The notes beneath the pieces were generated by a model. That model had not been told where the DNA came from. It saw nothing but the letters and a program-made list of their open reading frames with translations, and did not search any database. A program made the translations under genes and the position numbers. DNA of 57,404 nucleotides, counting the filler, from Sphacelaria rigidula (lineage: Eukaryota): the NCBI GenBank assembly GCA_964200075.2. It is 8 parts of 8 records of this genome, joined end to end, with 100 filler letters (N's around TTAATTAATTAA, not from the genome) between each part and the next. Parts side by side here need not be neighbours in the genome. Positions count along the whole stretch, not along the records: positions 35,941 to 43,028 come from CAXNAA020016548.1; positions 43,129 to 50,216 come from CAXNAA020016549.1; 6 more parts are not named here. The stretch is one strand, 5' to 3'. Numbering within the stretch: the first letter of the stretch is position 1; each line of letters begins with the position of its first letter. Positions 37,906-50,316 of the stretch are shown piece after piece.

Positions 37906-38248
37906 GCCAAAATCGTTTGCTCCGGTGGCTCAGCTGGTAACCTTGAAGCTTTCTGACGGCTGAGTCGTGGGTTCAAATTTCGGAGCGATCTGGGGTTTTT
38001 TCTAATGCCGTGGGTACACGAAATTCGACTTAACGGTCGACGAGGGAAAGAGACTGCTGAACCCTTCCCGCGATAAAAAATAAAGGCAAGCACTGCAGAA
38101 GGAGGGTGGACCATTGAAAACAAACAAAAGAGACAAAAACTCCTACGTTGGCCTCCCTCCTGTGTCACCCCGGCTGCTGCCCTTACACACACCGAAAGAT
38201 GTAGACCGGCATCCAGAGTAGAAGGGACGACAATACACACAACACACA
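37906..38248 (+). mobile_element. Full-length tRNA-derived SINE family 1 with 10-bp TSD
   Basis: A box TGGCTCAGCTGG, B box GGTTCAAAT, CA-rich tail; CATTCCTGTG duplicated at 37896-37905 and 38249-38258. Confidence 0.85.
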
Positions 38249-38442
38249 CATTCCTGTGCGAGTCGAGTAATTTGGACGTAGCGATGCCGCCGTTCACCAT
38301 CTCCTGACGACCTGCCGGCTTTTCAAGGACACAAGAGAGCTGCTATCACGGAATCTATCTGACGTCATTGAGTGGCCAACAAACACGCATGCGGCGCTCG
38401 CAGAGTCACTGACTTTGAGTAGGTTGAGCACAGACACGAGCA

Positions 38443-38785
38443 GTGTGTGTTGTCCCATCTATCCTGGACCCCGGTCTACACCTTTCGGTATCTGTGGGCG
38501 CACCAGCCGGGGTCACACAGGAGGAAGGTCGACACAGGAGCTTTTTATTTACTTTTTATTTACTTTTTTGCGGTGCTCGTCATCTTTTTTTTCTATCGCG
38601 AGAGGGGTTCAGAAATCGCTTCCCCTCGTCGACCGTTCAGTCGAATTTTGTGCACCTACGACATAGTCGCTCTCCACTCTTGGGCACGGTGCGAAAAAAA
38701 ATCCCAGATCGCTCGACGATTTGAACTCACGACTCAACCGTCAGAAGGTTTCGAGGTTACCAACTGAGCCACCGGGGCGACCGGC
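38443..38785 (-). mobile_element. Full-length tRNA-derived SINE family 1
   Basis: Reverse complement begins GCCGGTCGCCCCGGTGGCTCAGTTGG...GAGTTCAAATC; same body as 37906-38248. Confidence 0.85.
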
Positions 38786-39829
38786 TACTATATAATATAA
38801 TGTAGATAGATTACATGCAATAGAGAGCGATTACCCACCGGCCGGACTGCTGTTCATAGCCTTTGCTTCGAAAGCAGAACGTAGATGGTGTACATCAGTA
38901 CCTACAGTGCAGTCCGGTCAGCACAATGTATCAAACACAGTAGTTCAACACCGATGTTACGGTTCGGGTAGGGTGGCGTCAAAAGTCGGGTACTTTGACA
39001 TGTCGACACCTCCGGTGCTCTGGTATACTGATTATTCTCCACAGTCCGTACCCTAGGTGCCTTGGAACACGGATAATTTTGAACGGTGGATATACTGAGT
39101 ACCCATAACAGGCAAAGCATCACTCTGACCAGCCTAAATTTGCGTGCAGATCCAGATTTGGTGTCATCATGAAAAAATATCCAAGTTCGTGATTTTGAAA
39201 GGGAAGGGGAGGGGGTGGTGTGTTTTGGTGTGTGGAACCCTTCAAGGGGGTGTCGGGGTAGGGAAAGTATCCGGGTATTTACTCTCACGAATTTCATGTG
39301 GCGATGGTCCGATCTCCAAACTCTACTCAAATATTGGGTAAAGCTAGATACGATCGCAACACTTTACCCAATATCTGGGTATTGTCGAGTACGCCCTCCA
39401 TACTTCACCCAAGTTTTTTGCGGGCTTACGCCAACTTCAATGGAAGCCGTTCAAAATTTTATTTTTCAAGAATTTCGACCGCGTTTTTTTTTTGCCATGA
39501 TTCTGAACCGGTACCAAAATACACACTATTTTGGCATAAATTTGGAGTTGTACGTGGATATTGAAGTTGGCGTGACCTAGGAGGTCTGCATTAATACAAC
39601 AGCACCCCAAGTAGATATATATATATATACATATATCATAAGGCGGCATTTTGACGAAACAAGGGAAGTGAGAATCATTTCATGACATATAGTGATGGTG
39701 ACGTGACGGTTCACAAATTCATCTTCACGAGAAATCACACGTGGTTCCAATGTAGGGGGAAAGACGAGTGATGTGATGACGGTAACAGCACACGAATAGA
39801 CCAGCGACTTCAGGCAGGGCGGCAATCAT

Positions 39830-40390
39830 GCGCAAGGGTGAACGGGCATTGTCGCCGGTCGAAATGCGGACGGCCTCTCGATCGAATAGGAGAAAAAGCA
39901 ATAGCAGCAGCAGCAGCAGCTTCAGTACCAGTGGATATATACGGCTTTGGGTGGGTTTTAATCAGCCGGTGCCGATACTGCTGCTGCTGTTGCTGCTCTT
40001 CCTCGGGCGAGAAACGGTCCGCGTTTTGATCGTGCCACAACGCCCACGCACCTTGCGCGAGATAGCCGCCGTGCCGGAAAGCGCTAGTCCGTACTACGCG
40101 CCCATGGGTCCATGCTTTCTCACTCGGCTAAGTTTTGGGATAAATAGCAGAGCGAATCTCTCTGTGGGAGTTGTGCACGTCGAGTGTGTCTCACACGCGT
40201 TGTTATCGCTGGTGATGTGAACAAAGCCAGCGTCCACTACAGGAAAAACGAGTGATACGTACTGAAAATGCAGGGGGGGTGACAGCCACAACTGATTCGA
40301 AGGAGGGAGGCAATAACGCGCCGGTTGGTGGACATTGTCACCGGTCGAAACACTAACCGCGCTTACCACACGAAAAGGAGAAAAAGCATG

Positions 40391-40444
<54 letters not shown>

Positions 40445-40499
40445 TTTACTGCCAGTAGATGTGTACGGCTGGTGGTGGGTCTCAATCAACCGGCGCCAA

Positions 40500-40539
<40 letters not shown>

Positions 40540-40760
40540 CCTCGTGCTAGAGACGGTCCGCGTTTCGATCGTGCGGCAACACCCTCTCACCTTGCGCGTG
40601 ATAGCCACCGTGTTGGAAAGCGCTAGTCTGTACTACCCGCCGATGGGCTCATGCTTGCTCACTCGGCGGAGTGCTGGGAGATATAGCTGTGCGCACCTCT
40701 CTGCGGGAGCTGTGCACGTCTAGTGTGTCTCGCACGCGTGGCTACTGCTGGCGATGGAAA
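39830..40760. repeat. Two tandem ~490-bp units, each with (CAG)n-spacer-(CTG)n
   Basis: Units ~39830-40225 and ~40320-40760 align. The second has (CAG)17 at 40393-40443 and (CTG)11 at 40502-40534. Confidence 0.85.
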
Positions 40761-41715
40761 TCAGCTATGCGCCCATGAATAGCCACGTGACCTTTATGCT
40801 TCGTGTCAGCAACATCGCATTTCCAACTTCGGCAAGACAGCACTGCCTGCAAACTGCAGTTGTTCGGAGTGCAATGGTAGTACAGCAACTCGGGTAGTCC
40901 AGCAGAGACTACAGTCTACAAGTTTGGAAAGGTTTAAATACACGAATGTGCAGTGATGGGTGCAGCACATGAGAGAGCTGTCTGCGTGCGCTGCTGTACG
41001 ACAAAGCATGACATGTCGCATTTTACTTCTTGTGCCAACTTTTGAACAGGTGCTCAAGCGTTCAGAATCCTCCCCCAATTTTGAACGTTTGGCCAGAATT
41101 GTGCATTTTTTCGGGTCCGTTCATAATTTTGGAGGTCAAAATCTCGACGTTTTTGTTCCATAATGGTCGGTTTCATGACCACCTGTTCAAACTATTTGAA
41201 AAATAAAATCTGAACGACTGCAATTAGAGTCGGTCTTAGAGCATGATTTTTTTGTTCAAAATACCCAGATGTAAGAAATACCCTCACCAACACACCCTTA
41301 GAACTATCCTTGCACGCTTGATCGGGATTCGCTGTACGGCTTCTTCAGCATACGTCGAATGAAACACATAGTAGCGTGGTGAAACAACTTGAAGGAACTG
41401 AGAGGTTGGCATCATAGATGCAATACGTTTCATTATGTTCGACGCGACGGCGAAACGCAACAAAAAAAAAGTCCTGTTCGTCCATCCTTCATAGATCTTC
41501 CGGTAATTATCGGAACAATTGACAGTCCAGTGTTCCAAAATTCAGAATAGAACCAGGCACATTCCCACCGTTTTTCAATACTCAAATTACAGCTACGCAA
41601 CTTGCTAGTGTGCAGGCAATAGAAGGAAAAATCACCAGGTTGTTCGTGCGCTCATTTGGTATCTATCGGTGGCTTTTAGAGCTTTTGTCTTAGTTTGCTT
41701 CCCAGTATAGATTAC

Positions 41716-42320
41716 TACCCAGGACTGGGTTTATGCTTGAGAAAAATTGAGTATTTTGGTGGGGGTATCGATACCCTCGGTACTCCGGAATATGATGTAT
41801 TTCCGGCACTCCATACCCTGGTTACCCTAGAGATACTGAGTGTTTTCGATAGCTGATACCCTGTGTACCCTGATATACTGGTATTCTTGGGCAGTTTATA
41901 CCCTGGATACTCAGTACCCATGGTTGGTGCTCCGGGAGCAATACCGGGCACTTCGGGGGCGGGGGGGGTATCCTACTCATTCCTCAATAGTGGGAATTAT
42001 CGACAACCGGTATTGTTGGTACCCGGGGTACTCAGTAATTTAACTCAGCACTGCGCGTACAATATTGCGTACTTCGGAGGGCGGGTACCCACCGTAGCCT
42101 GGATCACTGGGTATCATCGACAATCGGTATCGTTGGTACTCGGGTTTCTCAGTAATTTAACTCAGTACTCCAGGTACCAAATCGGGCGTTTCGAGGGAGG
42201 TTTGCCCGAGGTACTCTGGAATACTGGGCTTTTGTGGCTGTCGATACCCGGGGAAACCTAAGGTACTGGGTACTTCACTACCCGGAAAATACAGAATACT
42301 CCCTTGGTACCCTAGCAGGG
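41716..42320. repeat. Degenerate GGTACC/TACTC-rich repeat with ~117-bp subunits
   Basis: CGACAA.CGGTAT.GTTGGTAC.CGGG...CTCAGTAATTTAACTCAG at ~42001 and ~42118. Confidence 0.6.
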
Positions 42321-42642
42321 ACGGTATTGGAAAGGCGAGCCTACGTCTGTGACCACGGGTTCGCGAGATCGGACTAATGTGCGGAAATAATAATAATAAT
42401 AATAATAATAACCCTACCCTACCCAATTTTCCAAGCATGCTTGACGTGTGCGGCTTCCCCTCTCAGAGTATCAGTACTGCTCAAATCATAGTCAAGGGGG
42501 ATGCTGTATATCGTTTGCAGACATCAGCGGCCGCGCCCCGATGGTCCAATGGTACAAATTACGCCATGAGGTCGGAAGAATACGGGGGGAATGCCATTAC
42601 TGAGGTCTGCCTTACCCCACCCCATCCTTCCCTTTCCCTCAC

Positions 42643-42930
42643 CTGCGGAGCCACGACGTAGCCTTTCTCGAAATCAATCTGCACGCACCCAGCCACTGGC
42701 CGCAATGCCCTCATGACAGCCTCCAAAGCGCTCGCCAATCCCCCGCCACGTCCCCCGCTTCCATCAGCTCTCAAGTCGCACGCTCGGAAGGATGCCACCA
42801 ATCGGGACCGAGAGGCGGGGAGTTGAGTGGACCAATCCGCAAAATCCACCAGGGCTGCAGGGTTTGAAACGTCCACGTGGATGATGGCGCGCCGTGCTCC
42901 GCAGTCCAGCCATGTCACGATGGCATTGGT
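42643..42930 (-). CDS. Orphan internal exon of an unknown protein
   Basis: 288-bp open GC-rich frame TNAIVTWLDCGARRAIIHVDVSNP...IDFEKGYVVAPQ with AAG acceptor and strong CAG|GTGAGG donor. Confidence 0.55.
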
Positions 42931-43389
42931 CTTTTGTCATAATTGGGTGCGCCGGGTATGGGCGGGTGAGGGGGGGGGGGCGTACTCATTTGTTGCTTGC
43001 CTTAGTCGTTTGACCATTGACCACGCATNNNNNNNNNNNNNNNNNNNNNNNNNNNNNNNNNNNNNNNNNNNNTTAATTAATTAANNNNNNNNNNNNNNNN
43101 NNNNNNNNNNNNNNNNNNNNNNNNNNNNGTGGTGTGCTGGGCGAGTCGCATGAAGGGTGAGCTGCGCCCTGGTAAGATTGTTCGGCACGGAACGTACTGA
43201 GTATCGCGCATTTGGATGACAGCCTACAATGAGTTGCTTTATTATCTGGTATTGCCACTTTCAGAGACAGCAACGGCTTATACGCTGCGTCATGGGTGTC
43301 TCACCATCATGATATGGGGGGAGAATCTCGGTGGTTTTGCGACTTGATATGGGAAAGAAGACCAGTGGTGTTCCCGCTACTCCAGGTTC

Positions 43390-44120
43390 ACGTTCGGGCT
43401 GTGTTATGGTAGGTTGAAAAGGAGAGTTAGCTTTGTTATTTCATGTCTTTGTCCGGGCTGTGTTATGGAAGGTAAAGAAAAGGATGGTTAGCCTCTCCAT
43501 CATATTGCTTTGTCCGGGCTGTGTTGTGGAAGGTTAAAGAAAAAAGAGTTTTAGCTCTATATTTTGTGTCTATGTCTGGACTATTTTATGATAGGTTAGA
43601 GAAAAAAGGGGGGTTAGCTCCCCGGTTCCATGTCTTTGTCCGGGCTGTGCTATGGTAGGTTGAAGAACAAAGAATGGTTAGCTTCCCTGTTTCATGCCCA
43701 TGTTCGGGTTGTTTTACGGTGGGTAACACAAAAAGGATGGTTAGCTCCTGTATCCCATGTCCATGCCCGGGCTGTGTTACGGTAGGTTAAAGAAAACGGA
43801 TGGTCAGCTTCCCTGTTCCACGTACATGTCCGGTCTATATTATGGTAGGTTTAAAAAAGGATGGTTAGCTCCTCTATTCCATGTCTATGTCCGGGCTGTG
43901 TTATTGTAGGTGAAATAAAAAGGATAGTGAGTCTCTATATTTCATGTCTTCATCCGGGCTGTGTTTTTTTAGGCTGAAGAAAAGGCAGGGGCAGCCTTTT
44001 TCTTACATGTCTATGTCCGGGCGGTGTTATGGTATGCTGAAGAAAAAGGGCGGTTTACGTTCCTGTATCGTGTCCACGTCGGGGCTGTGATCCGGTATTG
44101 GAGAAAAGAAAAAAAAGGTG
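43390..44120. repeat. Tandem minisatellite, ~62-bp unit, ~12 copies
   Basis: Consensus approximately ATGTC.ATGTCCGGGCTGTGTTATGGTAGGTTAAAGAAAAAGGATGGTTAGCTCC.....TCC. Confidence 0.9.
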
Positions 44121-44241
44121 GTATATCACGTCTATATCCATTTTGTGTGTTTCTGGGGAAAACAAAGTGGGTTATTTACGATTTTGCATGCCTGCTGTGT
44201 GTGTTGGGTCGGCACTTCCCTAACCCTAGCCCTAGTCATAC

Positions 44242-44660
44242 AAGGCCGTTTGCACCGTGCGGTGGCTTGAATGGTGGCCACGAACTGGGTAAGGGTATAT
44301 CAGGTGCTGTGGTGTCGATGCAAGGCACATGGGACGAGCGCGGACAGGCATTCCAATCGCTCGAGGTGGACATAAGCTATGTCCAAGTCGCGACTTGGAC
44401 ATACCTCATGTCCACCTCTCGTAGGTTGGCGGTATTTCCTGTCACTGTGCCAGCAGGCGCTTTTCTCGTCCGCTACGAGGCCGTTTGCACCGTGCGATGG
44501 CTTGAATGATGGCTACAGGCTGTGTAAGTGAATTGCGGGTGTTGTGGTGTCGATGCAAGGCACGTGAGACGAGCGCGGGCGGGTAGTCAGATGTCAGCTG
44601 GAGGTGGACATAACTGTTTCCAAGTCGCGACTTGACATAAGCTATGTACAAGTCGCGACT
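44242..44660 (+). repeat. Direct repeat pair, ~236-bp period
   Basis: AGGCCGTTTGCACCGTGCG.TGGCTTGAATG...GTGGTGTCGATGCAAGGCAC...CCAAGTCGCGACTT at 44242 and 44478. Confidence 0.8.
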
Positions 44661-45229
44661 TAGGAGTAGCATTGCCCATTTTTATGTTGTTTGTTATCTA
44701 CAGATGTGATTTTACAACCGCGAGTAATTTTGAGTGACACTAGAATATACAGAACAGATTTTCGGGCACCTAACAATAAGAAACAAATGAGTGTAGAACA
44801 GGAAACCAATGCTACGGTAGGGTTCCACTTTTTGCGTGAAACTTTGTCTGGTTCAGGTGCTCCTGAAATTCTACACGCACATGAATATAGATCAGAGCAC
44901 CCCCATTTGTAAAACCACTCAGGATACCCGCAGCACATTAGAATAGTAATCCTGGCGTACTCACACATATTTCATGAGTCGTGTTTTGGAAGAGATGAAG
45001 GGCTCCCAACAATTTCTATTTCAGCAAATATTTGTGCGCCCATACCGTAGCACCCCTCAGGAACTGCGGTAACCATTAAAAATAATTCCCGGATACATGC
45101 AACGGACGTTTCCCATTTTTTGCTGTCCGGCCGGATGGTAGATATCAAAACGATGTATGCCCACGGCACTTGAAATTTAGGACCTTGATGTGGTATCAGG
45201 CTTCCCTTAACCTACAGCCAACACCAACC

Positions 45230-45697
45230 ATGGTTCTTGCGTCCACAGCCCGACATTGGCTCGCTCAGTTGCACCCCCCGCTGCCGCCGTCGACGATGGT
45301 GACACCAGACGAGCCCGCGGATGATGTTGTGCGCGAAAGCAACGGTGCGGCTGCCAAGCTGCGACGGGAGTGGCCTAAACCCATTCCGGTGGAGGACCAA
45401 GAAGAGTGCCGCCAGAAGCTGCATTGCATACAACAATTTGCAGACGAAACATCGTACTTGGGTCATGCATTGATAGCTGAGAAAGCCCTCCTCAGCAGGT
45501 GTGTAACTCGCAAAGGTTGCAAGACCGTTGTTGCGGACCGTGTGCCCGTCGTGAACCTGCAACAAGGAAAAGGCCCCGTGCTCGCGCGCGGAACGCTAGT
45601 CTGCACTAATTTCTTCAAGCCATCGTTCGGCGTTTCAAACAATGTGATCAATGCGGCAGAGGGAAAGCTGGGAGCAACGGCAAGTGCTAGAACGTGG
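45230..45697 (+). pseudogene. Possible Sola-like DNA transposase N-terminal fragment
   Basis: ECRQKLHCIQQF ... VCTNFFKPSFGVSNNVI resembles the Cys cluster and VC..F...GIS pattern of Sola-type transposases (by eye); followed by a GTAAGT donor; GAG-type TIR remnants upstream. Confidence 0.35.
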
Positions 45698-46389
45698 TAA
45701 GTGAGTACGATCTATGATCGCTGCCTGTGTCCGCCATCGAGTGTCTGGGATCCAGACGGGGAAACATTTGACCGCGTGCCACGACCCAGAGCCGCAGGTT
45801 GTAATTGCGCTGTTTCCGAGGTCAAAATTCGGGCTTATTTGTGGTGCTCAGATTTGTGTGAAACCGTTTCGAAGCGGGAAAACCCCAATCTGAAATCCCC
45901 TCATCTGGGTCATGTTCGGGGCAATGTATCAAATTTCCCGATTTGAGTTCTCACGATCTTTCACGCGTTCGAGATGTTCAGCTGCCATCAAAATGTGGCC
46001 TCATTTCCACGGACACCAGTGTCTGATTGTTTCGTTTTTCTCTGTCCTGTCTTTTGAAAGTGGGTGCCATTGGGCAAGAGTGGGCAGAAAGGGTTTTCCG
46101 TTACACACCACACCAGCCCCATGTAGGCGTTTGCCCTTTCTCCCTTGTTTTTCGGGAAAATGTGTTGTCATTTTTTTTATTCCTCATTTTGCAAATGATG
46201 CGCCACTCAATGCAGTTTGTTTCAGCGAGTTATGCGCAAATTATTCGTCTTTTTTCGCGTCCTCGCTGTGGCTGTTTCCCTCACTACATACGTTCTTGCA
46301 GGAGGACAAGACGACACGTTGGGCGTCTGGAGCTTTGGTGTTTGTATGCGTGTTTTGAGAAAGGACTCGCTCATGTAGCCATCACGTAT

Positions 46390-46777
46390 TATTACTGAGG
46401 AAAATTGGGAACCCGACGAATTGAAATATTCTTATCTACACCAAATCTTTGAATTGTAGTTCCACATATTCAACTACTGTTAGCTATTGACAACTACTAC
46501 AATCCGTACATATTTGGATCCTGATAACCGACATGTTGGGGTCCTAGATGAGGACAACATCTTGGGGAAATAAGACGCTCCGATCAGATCGCCGAAATCC
46601 CCCCAAATTGGTTTTGCACCTAGGATCCTAACATTTCGGTTATCGAAATCCATAGCCACCAGCAGGTGAAGAAATGGAACCATATTTCGAAGATTTGGTG
46701 TGCATGCGAATATTTAAATTCTCCGGGTTTTGCATCCCCAATCAAAAATCTATTCCAACTTTGTGAAATCCCGTGCT
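46390..46777. mobile_element. Diverged copy of the 5314-5757 foldback MITE
   Basis: Shares TAGCTATTGACAACT, CACCTAGGA, ATAGCCACCAG.AGGTGAAGAAATGGAA and CATCCCCAAT. Confidence 0.8.
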
Positions 46778-47342
46778 CACACTCCGTTTCACATGGACCA
46801 CAGTCGTCCGGAACAATTTTGATTTCTTTTTTTCCAGCTTTAAAACATCACATAGCGCACAGAGTACTGATGTGCTATCATTCCCACTGCTATGTACTAG
46901 CGTTTTTGCTGGTCAGAGCCGCCGTTAATCAGATAAATAGGAACTCCCCCAGGCAGATCAACCGGTAGCGCGCAGTTCGTACGCTTGATTCGCGATGTTT
47001 TTGATCGGGACGCATCGTTACAGGGCACAGTCAGTTCGATACAGGGATAACAGTGCCGCAAAGCGGGTCAGACATAATGGGATACTCATGGTCAATGTAA
47101 AGGAAACGTCCCCATTACGGATCAGTACCGATCAAGGGTTTTTTTTTTCAATCGCCCATAACGCCGCGAAGTGTTGATCGTTTCCCGTTCTGATTTTTGC
47201 TGCGTGTGCACAAGAGCACAACGCCTCTTTTCAGCTACTGCACGTGCTTCTTAAACTAAAAACCCACCATTCCACAGCACCGCGAATAAGGGCGTGTGTG
47301 GATTTATTCAAAGTCAGTTTTTCGGTCGATCGGCTGCTAAGC

Positions 47343-47738
47343 ATGCAGAGAGTAAGGGTGGACCCAAAACGTGCAGCAGAGGCCGTAAAAGCGGTACGCA
47401 GTGGTCGCATGATCTTCCATGCTGCTGCAAATACCGTTCACATCTTCGTTGGTTCGCTGCAGAAGCGTGTCAGTGGTAGTGTGGGCATAGCTGGCAGGGT
47501 TAGTCCGGGTACTGTAATGTCGAAGTAGGAAGAATATTCTATCAAAGATATGCTGAAATTTGCCGCAGCCCGTCGACGGGCCTGAATAGAGATGACCTGA
47601 AACAGGCGTTTATGGCACTCTGGAGCGACAACCGACCGGTGCCATAGGACCCGACAGTAGGCTCAGGTCGAAAGTGGCCCGGCTTGTTCCTTCGGAGGCA
47701 CCCGTGGCTAGCTGAGCCCAGCAACTGCATATACCAGG
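47343..47738 (+). pseudogene. pogo/Fot1-like transposase N-terminus (psq-HTH + CENP-B HTH)
   Basis: AVKAVRSGRMIFHAAANT...SLQKRVSG...PGTVMSK*EE, then GRKWPGLFLRRHPWL; stops and frameshift; no DDE domain seen. Confidence 0.75.
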
Positions 47739-48004
47739 TGCTTTACTCTTTTCCCTCTTAAGGTTTGTGCTAAGGGAAAATATCTGGAACGTCGTAGCTC
47801 TAGGTGCTCCATTTTCATGGTTATTATCGATTTCTGGTAATCAGGGGGAATCACTTAACGTGCGTCATAGTACCTTCGCACTTGGACACCGGCCTCCCCG
47901 CTGGTAGACGGGGGTACCCACTCTTTGGTAGAGTCTGGAGCTATATGGCTCGAGCACCTAATGCTCAACCAATAACATGGGAGGCAATCTCGCACAGCAT
48001 CCGC

Positions 48005-48442
48005 TGTCGAAGATGAAGTAACAGAAGCAGAATTCTATACTTGTCTTTTATTGTCTCATTCAAATCAGACCGCCAATGGATAGGAAGGCACACGCACACA
48101 AACAACACTGAACACAGTGGAGGGGAGAGATGCGCCTCCACATCTCCGTCGAGAATCCTTCTCGACCTACGGCGAATATCTCCTCCTGTTTTATCCCGCA
48201 AAAACATACCGCATACCACAATATAACTCGCCGTCGTTTCCGGATCATTCGAGAACAAAAGTAAGAACAACCAACACTTTCCAGAACATTCCGAGAATCG
48301 ATCCGAACCGTCGTTCTCAGTACCATTTCTGGAAATCACCAGTACCGTTTTCCATCGGTTAATCCGTCACATTTTCCTCCGATAGTCTCGTGATAGAATC
48401 CTGGATCTTACATTTACCATGAGTGAAATCACACGATTAACA
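48005..48442 (-). repeat. 3' LTR of copia element (~438 bp)
   Basis: On the minus strand, PPT AAAATCAGGAAGGG precedes TGTTAA...; contains AATAAA; ends TTCGACA. Confidence 0.7.
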
Positions 48443-48761
48443 CCCTTCCTGATTTTGCACACTGGGATATCAAACGCATGTCGAAAATACGAATCAATGC
48501 ACAAGAAACAATTTAGACCACTTCGACCAAAAACCGTTTCCTGTTCCCGAAGAAACACAAATCACACCCAAGGCATGACCGAAATATAGTTTGGCCTTGG
48601 CTATGACACGAGTCTCGTGAGAATGCGCTTTGCTTCTAATGAGACACACTCAGCTACAACCTCGCGGTCGCACCTCACTCCAAACGTTCATAGCTTGACG
48701 TAGAAAATACAAGGTCCAAGACTATAAACCGGTCTCACTTCAACTTACAAGATTGTCAAAG

Positions 48762-50216
48762 TCACTTGATGTTCATCAGAACATTCCTGTGGTACCTGAA
48801 GCTACCAACAGGCAAGGGTTTCGTCAAACCGTCTGCGTGCTGCTTAAGGCTTGAGATACTCCACTCGAATTATTTGTTCAGACACCAATTCCCTAAGAAA
48901 ATGATGACGCACACCAATGTGCTTGCTGTTGTGGGAGCTTCGCGGATTTTTCGCGAGTTGAATCGCCCCCTGGTTATCCTCATACACCATCAGTGGCATA
49001 CAAATTTCCTCCATTTACGGCTGCATAAATGTCAGCACCGCCTTCACGAACAAAGCATCCTTCACTACGTCGCCCATCGCTACGTATTCAGCCTGAGTAG
49101 AAGAGATAGTTACATTATTTTGAGTGCGAGAGAAAAATCCTACAACAGCCCCGCAGAAAAATATGGCCCCTCCCGACACTGAACGCCGATCCTCGAATTT
49201 CGCACAGTCTGCATCCCCATACGCCACCAACTCGTCACTCGAGCACCTAGTATACGTGATTCCCAAGTCTAATGTTGTCTTGAGGTACTCGAAAATCCGC
49301 AACACTTTGCGCCAGTCCTCAGGCGTCGGGGTTTCGTTGTGGCGGGATGCAGCTCTCACGGCGTCAGCGAAGTCCGAGCGGGTGTTGATGGAGAGCCACA
49401 TCAAAGATTCCACCGCCTCACGGTGCCTCCCCTCGAAATCCTCTCCCTCATCCACCTTGAAGTCAGAAGAAACAAACGCGGGGGTTGCAGCGGACCTTTT
49501 GATCGGAAATCTTTCAAGAATCCGCTGAGTATACGCAGTCTGGGACAAGTTGAGGGTCCCTTTCACGAGATCGTGATTGTACTCGCATCCTGCGTACCAG
49601 ACCAGCTCACCAAGGTTCGTCGTTGAAAAATGTGCGTTGAGATCCTCATCCAACTTGTTGCACACAGACTCAGCACCTACAATGAATATGTCATCGACGT
49701 GGACCACAATCAAAACTTTGACCTCCTCGCCGTCCATCAGCCTGAACACACACGGGTCTATCAAACTCTGTTCGAAACCCAGACCTTTCAGAGTTCTCCG
49801 CAGTTTCTCGTACCACTCTCTAGCAGCTTGCTTCAAGCCATAAAGCGTTTTGTGTAAATGCACGACAGTGCCAGATCGTTGACCCAAACCTGGCGGTAGC
49901 CTCATGTACACGTCATCCTCTAGTTCCGACTGAACAAAAGCTTGCTCAACGTCAAAATGAAAAATCGTCTTTCCCTCTGCGCAAGCTACCGCTGCAGCTA
50001 CTCGGTTATTAGTGGGTGGGGTTGGTGAGAACGTTGGAATGTCGTCAATTTCTTACCGATCACCCCTAAACCCAGTCGAGCCTTAGCCTTCATCACATAA
50101 CCATGTTCATCGGTTTTCCACTGAAAAACCAACTTCGAATCTACTGCTTTCTCTCCAAACGGGGGTGAGTCAATTACGGTCCACGTGTTATTACGTTCCA
50201 ACCCTTCTACTTCCTT
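48762..50216 (-). mobile_element. Ty1/copia RT-RNase H, decayed
   Basis: NNTW, KARL, YMRLPPG, KTLYGLKQAAREW, VHVDDI, YGDAD...DRRSVSG, SSTQAEYVA, QHADGLTKPL; frameshifts and deletions. Confidence 0.95.
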
Positions 50217-50316
50217 NNNNNNNNNNNNNNNNNNNNNNNNNNNNNNNNNNNNNNNNNNNNTTAATTAATTAANNNNNNNNNNNNNNNNNNNNNNNNNNNN
50301 NNNNNNNNNNNNNNNN

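Noticed and set aside
38700-38785. tRNA gene
   Set aside because: A/B boxes are present but there is no convincing cloverleaf; it is the head of a SINE.
40094-40723. Poly-Ser/Ala/Leu ORFs
   Set aside because: Products of CAG/CTG tracts in a repeat unit; no splice or homology support.
43390-44120. CRISPR-like periodicity
   Set aside because: Whole units are homologous with no unique spacers, there are no cas genes, and the context is eukaryotic.
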